This document shows, piece by piece, positions 52,443 through 64,000 of a stretch of 64,000 nt of DNA. The notes under the pieces are model-generated. The model saw only the letters and a list, made by a program, of their open reading frames with translations, did no database searches and had not been told where the DNA came from. Every line of letters begins with the position of its first letter. Position 1 is the stretch's first letter. Origin of the DNA: Vermamoeba vermiformis. Taxonomy: Eukaryota. Where the stretch lies: NCBI GenBank assembly GCA_045837725.1, contig JBEWZL010000066.1, positions 62,001 to 126,000 of the forward strand, read 5' to 3'. Position numbers and translations under genes: made by a program.

Positions 52443-54322
52443 ATGGATCGGCTAAGGCTATTTTTTATTCTCGCAGCTGTTCTCTTTTGCTTTCCTTATT
52501 TAAGCGAAAGTAAGGTTATAGTAAATACTATCAATGGTACTCAAGTCGAAATCGACAGCATAGAAATAATTTTCATTGGTATGTACAAAAAGTCAAAAAC
52601 GCTCTTGATCGGATGCGTACTAAAAAAAGCGATCCTTTGCTCTAGGAAGCGAAAATACACTACGAGTCGACCCTTTAACAGCTGAAATATCGATTGACCA
52701 AGACGATGTAGCCAACAAAATCTTCTTTATTCGACGAGCCTTGCCAGCAGATGAACTCGCCGTTGAAATTCAAAACAAAGGCGCAATTGGCTTTATATGC
52801 GCTTCTATTACTGGCAGTAAGTATTTAAACATATTTTAGTGTTGATACGCGGAATTATACGCCTTCAAGCAAAATTAACTTGTTCTTACCAGATGTACCT
52901 GGCAATTTACGGTGGCGGTGGAGCAATAAGGAAGCGATTAGTCAGATCGATATTCCTATACACGACATGGCGTCACGAGAGGGATTAAATCTATTAGATT
53001 TGGTGAACAGCGGGCAAATCCTAAATGTTACGCTGATGCCTAATGGCGGTAGGTGTCAAGTGTCAAAAACGTCAAAATTTAAATTGATTGAATATTCAGT
53101 AAAAGATACCGCGTGCCTCAATTTACTAACTCACATAAATGAACAGACACGGAGAATCTTTGGGAGCGGGTTTACAATCACCCTGCATTTTATATTGCGA
53201 CAGGTACGTTTGTTTGGATCTAGATCTCACTAAAGGAAGAACTAACGGCCAATAATATGTTAGCAATATTGGCTATGTTTCCAATGACCAACATTGCCTT
53301 GGCTCTTTGGAAGCTGGTCCTGTTTTTCAGACACTACGGTGGATGTCGCCCTGCTGTTTCAACCTTTGTTTTGTCAATAGAAATTGCTTCTAATATTCGT
53401 AAGCTCCATACAATATATTACTATAGTTTAATACTAACTACGTTATCATTCAGTCCGTTTTATCATCATGATTGATCCGTTCGCCACGCACTTCATTTAC
53501 CCGATTGAATTCTGCATTGCATTCTATCGGCTATCATTCCCGTTTGCGTGCTCAGCATTCCTATTGATCATATTGTACTGGCACGAAATGATGACGAGCT
53601 ACTCCGTCGTGGTACATCCATTCGTGGTCAAGATGAAAGTTCCATTTATCGTCACCTCCAGTATCTTGCTGTCAATTCAATTGTTGCAAATATTTTTGCG
53701 ATCATTTGGAGGTGTCGAGGGCATGCAAATGGCAACAGGTACGAAATTTCAAATGCATCACGTGCTCGGTTTAACTTTGTTCAACAGCTATCGTTTACAC
53801 GGTCATTGTGGTTGCTGTTGTCATATTCTATATTATCACCGGAGTTAAACTTCTGCAACGATTGAGTGGCAGTAAGAGCCTTGGTCGTGCAGTGCGATTG
53901 CGTAAAGTACGATTTGACACCTCGTTTGACACGTGTCATACTAACAGTGCTTTAGACGACAATCAAAATTCTCATTACTGGAGGATTCTTGGTCGCCTTC
54001 ATCGTATTTGGCGCAATGTTCGTGTCGGGGTTTGTGTATTCACCAAATAGTAAGTGTTTTGAACAAGCTTTAACTTCGATCTCGATCTAACTTCGAATCC
54101 GATCCAGATTTTATTTCAATTTGGTTCTCTATTTGGGCAGTGCTTGGCGCCGCGTCAATGACAAATATATTAGCATTTGAATTGCCTCGTGGAGCCTCGT
54201 CTAAAGGCTCTTCTGGCACGTCATCAAAAGTTACTGCGGTTACATCCGCCTCAGGCAATAATAATACCCACAGTAGTACGGACATTCCAATGACTCCTAA
54301 AGGAGCCACTACTGAAGTATAA
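52443..54322 (+). CDS. Signal peptide + PA-like ectodomain + about 7 TM helices (GPCR-like membrane protein)
   Basis: MDRLRLFFILAAVLFCF signal; NKIFFIRR...AVEIQNKGAIGFI...IDIPI; successive hydrophobic helices incl. LLIILYWHE; Ser/Thr-rich tail. Confidence 0.65.
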
Positions 54323-54416
54323 TATAACCTTGTACATTAGTAAATAATTGCATTCCACGCGTACTTAAATTTTGCTGTTTTCCGTTTGTTAGATTAATTA
54401 AATCCTATTTATTGCA

Positions 54417-56731
54417 ATGTCAACAACAGCGCTTGGGCAAGAGGAACTTAGTAGTGACAGCAGTATTATCGCGCGAAAAGAAGTTCAAATAAAAATCATC
54501 AGATCGTGCGATCGTTGCAAGGAGAAAAAGATCAGATGTAACAATATGATTCCTTGCAACCAATGCATTCAACATAAGGCAGAATGTTCGTATAATAAAC
54601 CAGCCAAGCGAAGGAGATACCTTTACGTCGACAATGATACAACTCAGCTCGTCACGTCATCTTCGGAGGACAGAATCCGACAACTTGAAGAGGAAATAAT
54701 AAATTATAAATTGCAAATAAGAGCCTTAGAAAAAAGCTTTACGTCGTGCATATCTCCGGTAATTATTACCTCATACAAAATAATAATTTCGATTTTATGT
54801 AAATTGTAGGAAACTATCAAGAGATAAAGGCGCCAAATGTCAGAATAATAATACAGCGAATTTTAGAACAATTTTTCCTTGGCAAATTGATTTAATTTGA
54901 AGTTTTGTAAGTCACAAAACTTATTTAACCTTTTTTAGGTTCCCTCTGAAGATCTAATGCCGAAGGCCTTACCTCTTAGTCTTACGAACCATCTTATATC
55001 AGCATATGAAGAGGCAGGACAATGGGCATGCAGCCACTTCGACAACAAGTTTGAGCAACTCAAACTGCGTGCTGGATCCAAAGAGACTAGCTGGCAATTG
55101 GTTACTGCCTATAAAGATAATTATAGAGACGTGTTTATTAAGCAGTGCAGTTCGGAAGGGCTTGTTGACATTTTGGCGTGGATCAACGTTTTCTTGATGG
55201 GTAAGATCCGATCTTTCAAGCATTGAATTTCCATTCCTTTTTAATTAAACACTATAATATTATACCTACAATACATACCCGGCGGCTATACAATAATTCT
55301 AAAATATTTCCTAATTTGGTAAATTATCAGGCGAGACCTTGCGTGAGCAAAGCATCGTGCGAGAAGTGCTCGTAAAAGTTGCGATTGACATTGTTATGGC
55401 CCTGTTTTACCACCGTGGCGCTCAATTGGATCGAGACTTGGCACAACCACTTATAAGCAACTTAGTACTACTCAGCACCTATATGAAGATGAATGACATG
55501 TTGATACCTTATTCGAGCATTGTCGGCTTCATGTTTCAGTTGTTACAGATCCACGAACGTCAAATGGATCCGTCCGTGTTATTCTCGTAAGTCTTATATT
55601 CCACTCATACTAGAAGGACTTACCATTTATATATATGATATTAATATGTCGTATGATAGTGTTCAAGTCGGGCTGTTGGTCAGTGCGCCGGATCACGAGA
55701 CCCGGAAAAAGCTGTACGACAGTTTTTACTCGCAGCCAGAACAGCCGCATACAATCGACTCTATTAAATTCCAACTTCACTATATATTATGCGCCCTATT
55801 GTTCCCTGACTGCATTTACGAAGAGAACCTAAGGTACGGATCCAATCCACCCTGAATCCACTTTCGTACAAATACTTAATACTTGTATTACATAGGCTTA
55901 TGGTTCAAAATTTAAGATATATTGACGAGCAGCTAGAGTCTATTAAGTACACTAAATGGTACTATTTCTTCAAGATCTGGCTCTACGCGATCGAAGCAGA
56001 ATACGCCTTGCTGTTGAAGGACGTGCCACGCTATGAATATCTCATTGGTGAAATCAATCGATTTGATCGATTATTGCCTTCTGACTTGCATCGCAAACGA
56101 TTGGCCAAAATTTTTAAGGTAAAACTGAAATCCGGATCCACTTGCGACTTACCTTTTTCGCCTTAAAATTTATTCTACTATTAATATGGAGATATTAAGT
56201 GAATTTTATAGGCGGTCGTGTTGCTCGGAACAAGCAGAAACTACAAGCTGCTCGGCAGTGCTTTTTACACATACGACGTTCGTGCACTATTAGATCGAAT
56301 AGTCTTCGCTGATCAGACCAATAGTTAGCTGGAGAGCTTATGTGGCTATTTGAAAACGTAATCGATGATCATGGTTTGGCACCAAAGGCATGCTGGCGCA
56401 GATATTTCATGGGCACCCTTTAGACGTCGTTCGATCACTACCCAATATTGGGACATTCGTGCCCTGTCGTGGAACGGATACGACGCTATTTTGACTAGTA
56501 TGGATGACGGCGTCTACGTTTGTCAAATCTGAAATTAGATCGTGGATCTACGTTGACCCGAACTTTCTGAAGTGAATTCGCATTTCAGTTGATGACACAG
56601 GTTCAAGTTCAGTAAAATTGAGTGTTGACTCCTGCGAAGCTGAGCCCATTGCTTCTCCCATCACATTGTATCCAACCACAACGGAGTTACGAGTGTTGGG
56701 TACCATGTTTAGTTGTAGCCTTCCTTATTAG
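54417..56731 (+). CDS. Zn(II)2Cys6 binuclear-cluster transcription factor; C-terminus ends at 56328 unless two 1-nt indels are corrected
   Basis: SCDRCKEKKIRCNNMIPCNQCIQHKAECSY followed by the coiled coil RIRQLEEEI. Confidence 0.85.
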
Positions 56732-56890
56732 TTGTCTGTTGTACTACTAAAATGATTTCAATTTCTTTGTTCGCGTTTATTTTGTAAGCATTGTGTTTTC
56801 GATGAATAAATAGCCAATAAATATTGTGGTCGGATCGGCAAAAAGAAAAAAACTGTCATTTAATTTATCTTCTTCAGTTACTCCGAAATA

Positions 56891-59067
56891 ATGCAACAAA
56901 TGGAAGTGGAGCATAGCAGCTCTTGGTCTCCAACCCTAGCAGGGCTGTTGGACGAATTGAAAGCCGCGATCATGGTTTTGTTAGATGCGAAATCCGCTTA
57001 CAAGTTGGGACTAACGTCCAAAAATTTCCTAAAAATAATTAAAGACCCTCAATTAAGAATGGTAAGGTTTTAGTCTTCAATCCGATTGTTTTCTGCTAGC
57101 AAAAATAAATTTTTAATTTTTAAATATTAATATTTTTTTACGTAGCACAAGAAATTATTCAAATTAGTCACCGATGCATTGACACTCGAAGACCACCCAA
57201 AGGCATTCGTAAGCAGAATATTCAATACACTTGTATTCTGGATCAGTCAATAATTTCGTGTCACGAACAGAAAATCGTCAATTCATGTTTAATATTATTT
57301 CCGTGGTATTGGAAATTATGGAGAAAACGTTCAGACTATTGGAACTACAACCACGAATTTACAAAAGTACTGCAAGATCTACGAAAAGCGCACGAGGTAA
57401 AAAAAACTAAACTTCCAAGTTTACTGATATAATATTATAATAATAGGTTTGTCCTCGCGAGGCATATAGGCATTTAATTATGAGCGACATTTACGTGACT
57501 GTTGCCGAAGTAAATTCAGCGCTGTCAGAAATTCAACAAGCAATTGATTTAAGGCCCGATCATTTGACTTATTATCATCAACGAGGTAATTACCTATACA
57601 ACAACATAACATATTAACCTAATTAAATAATTAATTAATTTAATTACGACGAAACGTCGAAATTGAATCGATGCGTACCTTCCTTTTTAGGCAATTTTAT
57701 TACATTACTAACGACATATTTTTGATAGCCTATATAAATAGTAGATTAGGGATGACGACTGCTGATCAAGAAACAGACTATTTAATGATATTGGAGAAGG
57801 GATATAAGGTACGTGTCGTGCAAAGTTGGATCCGAACATCGATTTAAACTTAACATTCTTTCGTTTAGCGAGAATCAATGATTCATAATAACTTGGCCTA
57901 TTGTTATTTCTTATTAGAGTAAGTACCTATATAAATCTTGGTCGAATTTGATAATTAGTTATTTAATTATTTTTTTTTATTGGATCTGGCCCTAATTAGT
58001 CTATTTAAAGGCGCGATGATGAAGCGGCAGAACATTATAGCAAGGCACTTGAATTAACGCCAACATTCGTCCGCGCAATGTTGAATAAGGCTTTGCTGCA
58101 TTTGTACAGAAACGAATTGGATCAGGTTCGTACGAAAAAATTCGATTTAAAATAATTTAAATTTATTATATGTACTAATGGAGTGATATTTATTATAGGT
58201 GCTATTATATTGCGAAAAGATTAGGAAGATTAATCCAGAAATTTATGAAATTTATCGCGATGCATCAGAGTACGTCAAAAACTATTTAGTCTTTATTATT
58301 TATGAGCTAATTATAGCATCATTAGAGTATATTTTATGCATAGTAGATATAAGAAGGCTACTAGATATATTCAGAAGAGTTGGCACTTATCAGATCGGAT
58401 GGATCTTCATGGAACGAAAATTTATTTTATTTTGTTGGACCGATTGGGCGCTATTGATCGGTTATTAGAAGAGCTCGATAGTGCTATTGAACATTATCAG
58501 TCGTTATTAGCTAAAGTGGCAGACGAAATTTCGAAAATTGACGGCGATGAATTATTCATGAAAGCTGCGGTTAAAAAACAGAATGTGGTGACAGGATTAT
58601 TATATTATTCCCTAAAAAGGAAAATACAAGCACTAGTCTATTTAGGAGAATTCAAGAAAGCCGTCAATTTATACGAACAAGCAAAAATTCATGCCACATC
58701 CGGCGAAGAAGACAAATTTTTTGATTTATTATTCAACCAAAAAGTCGTTAATTTCGACAACGTCAAAATATCAAAGCAGTTTATTACGAAGATGGCAAGG
58801 ACGTCAATGCTATTATCATCTGAAAGAAAAAAATTCATCTCACAAGTCAACGCAAAAGTTCATACGATGGACGAAATTTCATTTTTTACGCTTTGTTTAT
58901 TGAAGAAGACTACTATAGTCAATCTATTTCAATTCGAATTAACGAACTTGAACCAGAACGATGAAAACAATTTGAAGAGCTACTGGACCAAAGTTCAATC
59001 CTACTGCAAGAACGGTGTCGATTTGAAATTAATTGCAATTGAACGTATGGGCTGGGAACACTTGTAA
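56891..59067 (+). CDS. TPR-repeat protein
   Basis: ALSEIQQAIDLRPDH, HNNLAYCYF, AAEHYSKALELTPTFVRAMLNKA. Confidence 0.78.
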
Positions 59068-59463
59068 AATTATTATCTTACAATAATATAAAGCTTCTTA
59101 CCAGAGAGATGCCCTCTGTTAGTTTTACCTCGTTCCTTTTCAAGCCTCTCGGGTCGCAAAGTTTAGTACGTATTTACTGACTCATATTATTCTCTCATTA
59201 TGTATTTTGAAGTAAGCAACTCACTTTCGGGAAAAACGCGTTTTTGCGGTTTTAGCCCCACGAATGTTGATCTTCGCGACAAATTGAGAGAACTCATCAA
59301 CGGAGCTGAGAGGTGTCATACATTTGATTATGCAAGATCAAGTACCGCTTGGTTATTAAGCTAGAAAATCCAGTCATCCGACTTGTCAGGGATCCAACAT
59401 CTTGAGCACTCAATCTTCCAGACTAGTAAATTGTTTAAATAATGTTTATCGCAAGTGAAGTTT

Positions 59464-61923
59464 TTAAATCTTTTCAACGTTATCCAATTCAACGCCAAAA
59501 GACTGCGTCGTGTCTTGCGACGTCTCTACAACAAGTTGACCATCGGATTTGCCAGTCATTTCGAATTGAATTTGTTCCATGGTCTTGCCCTTAGTCTCGG
59601 GCAATTTAACGAAGAAATAAATCCATGCAATGACTGCGATGATTCCGTACATCCAAAAAGTTCCCGCCTAAAAAATTTATCGTTTAATAACATTAGCTAT
59701 TTAATATTATTATAGATCTTGTGTATAGTATAATTGTTAATATTTAGGATTCGAACTTACGACTGTTATGCCTTCTGAAATCGTTAAAAAAGTCATCGAC
59801 ACCACCAAGTTGCTGATCCAATTGACGGTTGTCGCGACAGAATTAGCCATGCCGCGTATTCTCAATGGATATATCTCGCTATTAACTGCCCAAGGAATAG
59901 GTCCCTAAAATTATCTTCATTAGCACGATCGAGTTTTCGCGTGTCAAAGTGTCAAAGTGTCAACTGTGAAAAAATTTACCATTCCGATTGCAAAGAAAGC
60001 GACGTATATAATTAACGCTCCTAGTGCAAGATAGCCTATATAAATAAAATTAAAATTGATATTTATAATGAAATTTCGATATTTGAATCGTGTCTGTGGT
60101 ACCTCTATTTCCAGCTGTAATGAAAAAAGATGCGCCTAGTAAGCCCAATCCTAACACGACTCCGACTAATGTGCTCAATAATAACGGTCGTCTTCCAACA
60201 CGGTCTATTAATAAGATTGATACGATCGTGAAAATGGCGTTAGACAAAGCGACCAGATCTGACAACAAAATAGCCCACTGACGTTCTTCAAATCCAGCCA
60301 TAAATAGAATTGTAGCACTAACTTATTAATTAATATATCATATTATAATAATAGTGAGTTATAGTTAATTACGCACCTATAATACATTACGGTATTAATT
60401 CCGACGAATTGTTGAAAAGCTTGCAGAGAAATTCCAACGAGCAAGGCTGGTCTCACATCACTATAAATATTTTATTAGTAATTTATTAATTATATTATAA
60501 TAATTATTAATAATAAGGTACGTACGCAGATAACAATTGGCGCCATCCGCCGGACTCGATCCGGAGACTCATCGAAATTTCATCGAGTTCGAATTCAATC
60601 TGAGAGCAGTGAGATATATTGATAATATAATACAAATATATAACGTACAACATCCTCGGGTGCTGAAGGTCGTACTTGGTGCAGCACAACAGCTGCTTGG
60701 GCCGATTTACCTTTGCTAACTAACCACCTCGGGGTCTCAGGCACGAGCACTATCATGGCGATCAATTGCACTATGGCTGGGAGGGCGCCAAGGCCTAGCA
60801 TGTACCGCCAACCTGAAAGATATTACTATATTTAGAAGGTCCGAATTTTGTTCGAATGACACGTGTCAACAATTTTTTCACGGACAAATTTTTTGCTGTA
60901 ATGAGCACCGCAAAGATTAAATCAATTATTATAATAATCAATAATCAATAATCAATATTTGCAATTATTTTTTAATATTACCGTCCAAAACTTCGGCAAA
61001 GATTGACGCGATTAGGTATGACACGAATTGACCGGTCGTTATGAACAATACATTGATCGTTACTAACGCACCTCTGACAATATAAGTCCATATTAATATT
61101 TGATATGATTATATAAGCTATATTAAATTATTATTGGTCTCTCACTGACCTGCTCTCAGCGGGTGAAATTTCTGCAATATAAATTGGTACTGTGTTTGAA
61201 GCGACACCAATGCCTAGTCCTACGACAAATCGGCCAAATAATAGTAATCCATAGCCACTATATAATAATATTACTATAAATGAGTCAAATCAAGAGATAA
61301 GTATTTTTTCTAGAGCGGATCTAGTTTTTTTGCAAACTTACTTTGCTGCAGCCATTAATAGAGACCCTATAATGAATGCTACTGCCGCAGCGCATACTAT
61401 AGGTTTACGACCAAATTTATCACCGGTAAAACCAGCGACAACAGATCCAACAATCGCGCCTAAGCAAAAAATAATTTAAAAATTCAGAAAAAGATATTTT
61501 AAAAGATTTTACGGACCTATTAGCGCCATACTAACAATAAGCTCTTGTTGAGAATCGCTAAAAGCAAAATCACCGGCAAGAATAAGGAGCGCGCCTGAAA
61601 AAAGAAAATTATGAGCGACATCTGGAATATTAATATCACTAAAAATACCTGAAATAACTCCTGTATCATAGCCGAATAAAAATCCACCAATGGCTGATAT
61701 AAATGTAACTTTAAATAGAAAATTCCTGCTTGGCTGAATAAAACGATGATTAATTGAATATCAAGGGAAAAAAACCTCGTAATATTCAAATAATTATTTA
61801 TATATAAATATTATATACTAGATATCGTACTAAATATGTTTGGTCACCACCAGATTCACTGGCAGCACTGAAGTCAGATTTGTTCAGCCTATTATCGTCT
61901 TCTAATTCTTGATGTTCCTCCAT
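59464..61923 (-). CDS. MFS sugar porter, myo-inositol transporter-like
   Basis: [74 protein letters not shown]. Confidence 0.93.
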
Positions 61924-62218
61924 ATTGATACAGTACTATTTACATGTTCATTAATCGATAATACAAATGATTTTGAACCGAAATAAACGCAGTACAAATC
62001 TCTGACATCAGAAATTTCACCAATTTTCTTTTGTGCGTTGTAACACAATGCTCTGCCTCGTTAATTTAGCTGCTATAATACATGCCATAAACGCAGATCG
62101 ATCCTGCCCAAATGATTCGTATCCCTTGAAGCCGATTTTTAATTTTATTTTTCGTTTTGGCAACGTTGCCAAAATTAATGACCAAGCCACCATTTTAATC
62201 TTCATTTGGCAATCCGAA

Positions 62219-64000
62219 ATGGAGCACAACAACAGTGAATTAAATAATTTTAATTACTTCGAGGCCATACCGGGCGAAGTCCAAGCCAAAATTTTCAATT
62301 ATTTAACGTTGAAAGATCTCGTTGGAAGGTTAGCGAGGTAAGCTACAAAAATATTATTCAGGTATTATTTTTAATTATTCTAATTATTATGGTCGTAGAT
62401 CTTCAAAACACGTGGCGAATATTATTCAAAATTCATTATCAATCCACGGCGGCCCACATAACTCACTAAACATCTTGGTTACTGGCCACCATGGCGCAGG
62501 TAATAAAAGGCAAAATAATTATAGTAATATAAACATAAATGATTCGTTAATAAGATAAACAACAGATTCGTACGTTACAAAATTTTTTTTTAAATTAACA
62601 CTTCATGTTAGGTAGTTCAACGCTATATACTAGACTTCAAGAAGAGCTTGGTATCAATTCGATGGTGAGAAATTTATCGGAATCGAACGAGATCGGATCT
62701 ACCTACAAACCCGTTGACGATCGCCGGTGCCAGATCTCCGCAATTAAACTCGAAAATACTCGTGCGAATATATGGCATGGTTCAACTAAGGAAAATAGAG
62801 TCAAAAGAATGTACCCTCATTGCGGTGCTGTAAGTAGATTCAGAATCTGGATGTGACCACACGTTTAGACTCTAACAGTTTTCTTATTTTGATCGATAAT
62901 ATAGGCTCAATGTATCATTTATGTTGTATCATGCTCTGAAATAGCGACAAGAGGTGATAGTTTGCGTAACGATATTCGGTGCTATCACGCTCTGACCAGC
63001 GATGTTCAATGGATATTTGTCATCAACAAGATGGACCAAGTTCAATATAACGAGCAAGGTATGGCATTAGATGCCGGCTATTGATTATATTATAGTCTTA
63101 TACTTCGATCAGAGTACAACAAGTGTGTCGAAATTATCAAAAAGATAGCGGTGAAAGTGATCGGTGAACAACGCTTGGACAGACTTCATTTCATTCCGAT
63201 GTGCACAAATGATATGAAAATACGCGTAACAAGTGATAATAGCAATCAGAATATGACATGGAATTCGATGAACTTGTGGCGCGTGTTGAATCAAATCGCA
63301 TCCGAGAGTTGTTCTTCGCCTCTCAAAATGTTCAGAAAATTCAAAGCTACTATAATTAGAACGTACGGATGGGTACCAAATGTATCAGGAAAAGACGAGG
63401 GCTTTGTTATCGTTTATGTACTGGGTATGGAATTTCGTAGAAATATTTTTTGGATCCGGCGCTAATTGATTCGATAACGTAGAGGGCTGTATCTCCGTCG
63501 GGGATCATATTCAAATTATTCCAGACCTATTTGGTCCTTATATAGATCAGAGGTACAAATATGCCTCCGTTGAAGTAGTGGGGATCCAGTCGTACAATAC
63601 GAAAAAAACTATCGCCTTGCCCAAGTAAGACCCCTTTCCTCGTAATACATTTTACTAATGATATTATAAGCTCGTATGTCGGTCTTGCGATTAAAAAGCC
63701 GACAGCTCTAGTATACCATACGAAGATCAGGCCAACGCCAAAACCAGTACGCATCCAAACAAAATCGATTTACAGCTTAATTAATACTAATATTTTAATT
63801 TATTAGAAATATTCAATTGTTCATTACCCTGGTATTACACTCTCCAATGAGAAAAAACATGATATTATTTCCACAACCAATGGCGGTGGGATCCGCTTTA
63901 CGAAGCAGTTATCGTGCACGTTGGACATCAAACTGGACGCTATAAATGGCACGGCATGATCCACGAAGTAATATTCATAATCTTACATCAATTAACTTGC
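62219..64000 (+). CDS. F-box fused to a degenerate eEF1A/eRF3/HBS1-like GTPase fold; runs off the window
   Basis: F-box FEAIPGEVQAKIFNYLTLKDL; LNILVTGHHGAGSST; AQCIIYVV; WIFVINKMDQVQYNEQEY; LHFIPM; SPLKM. Confidence 0.72.

Noticed and set aside
4404-56430. Repeated 1-nt frameshifts (4488, 22378, 30411, 31855, 41031, 42240, 56325, 56420) as programmed frameshifting or RNA editing
   Set aside because: Mixed insertions and deletions, mostly in short homopolymers with no shared context; unpolished long-read error is simpler. Needs read-level checking.
1-64000. Prokaryotic systems (CRISPR arrays, operons, IS elements)
   Set aside because: The sequence is intron-rich eukaryotic DNA; no repeat-spacer array or transposase was seen.

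Overview
Gene-dense, AT-rich eukaryotic nuclear DNA with many short GT-AG spliceosomal introns (GTAAGT/GTACGT donors, CTAAC-like branch points). Gene content suggests an amoebozoan-type protist (inference). About 22 protein-coding loci were reconstructed by hand-splicing: a GGT-like Ntn hydrolase, an SDR, a subtilase, a PhyH dioxygenase, a Crinkler-like NTPase/REase, an LRR-BTB protein, a TspO-like membrane protein, a RhoGEF-cNMP-GRAM-cNMP protein, three Zn-ribbon/LRR/C-terminal F-box-like paralogs, an oligopeptidase B + O-methyltransferase fusion, a triple-RRM protein, two inverted divergent histone H3 copies flanking a PPR-TrmB gene, BTB-ankyrin, F-box, PA-7TM, Zn2Cys6, TPR, sugar porter and F-box + eEF1A-like genes. 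Most notable: (1) the in-exon oligopeptidase B / O-methyltransferase fusion; (2) an F-box fused to a degenerate eEF1A-like GTPase; (3) a non-coding palindrome TGACACGTGTCA that recurs mainly in introns; (4) H3 variants with an acidic N-terminal extension; (5) a GGT-like enzyme with Ser at the nucleophile position. Scattered 1-nt indels suggest an imperfectly polished assembly, so pseudogene calls are uncertain. No rRNA, tRNA or CRISPR was recognised. All exon models are manual and no database search was run.
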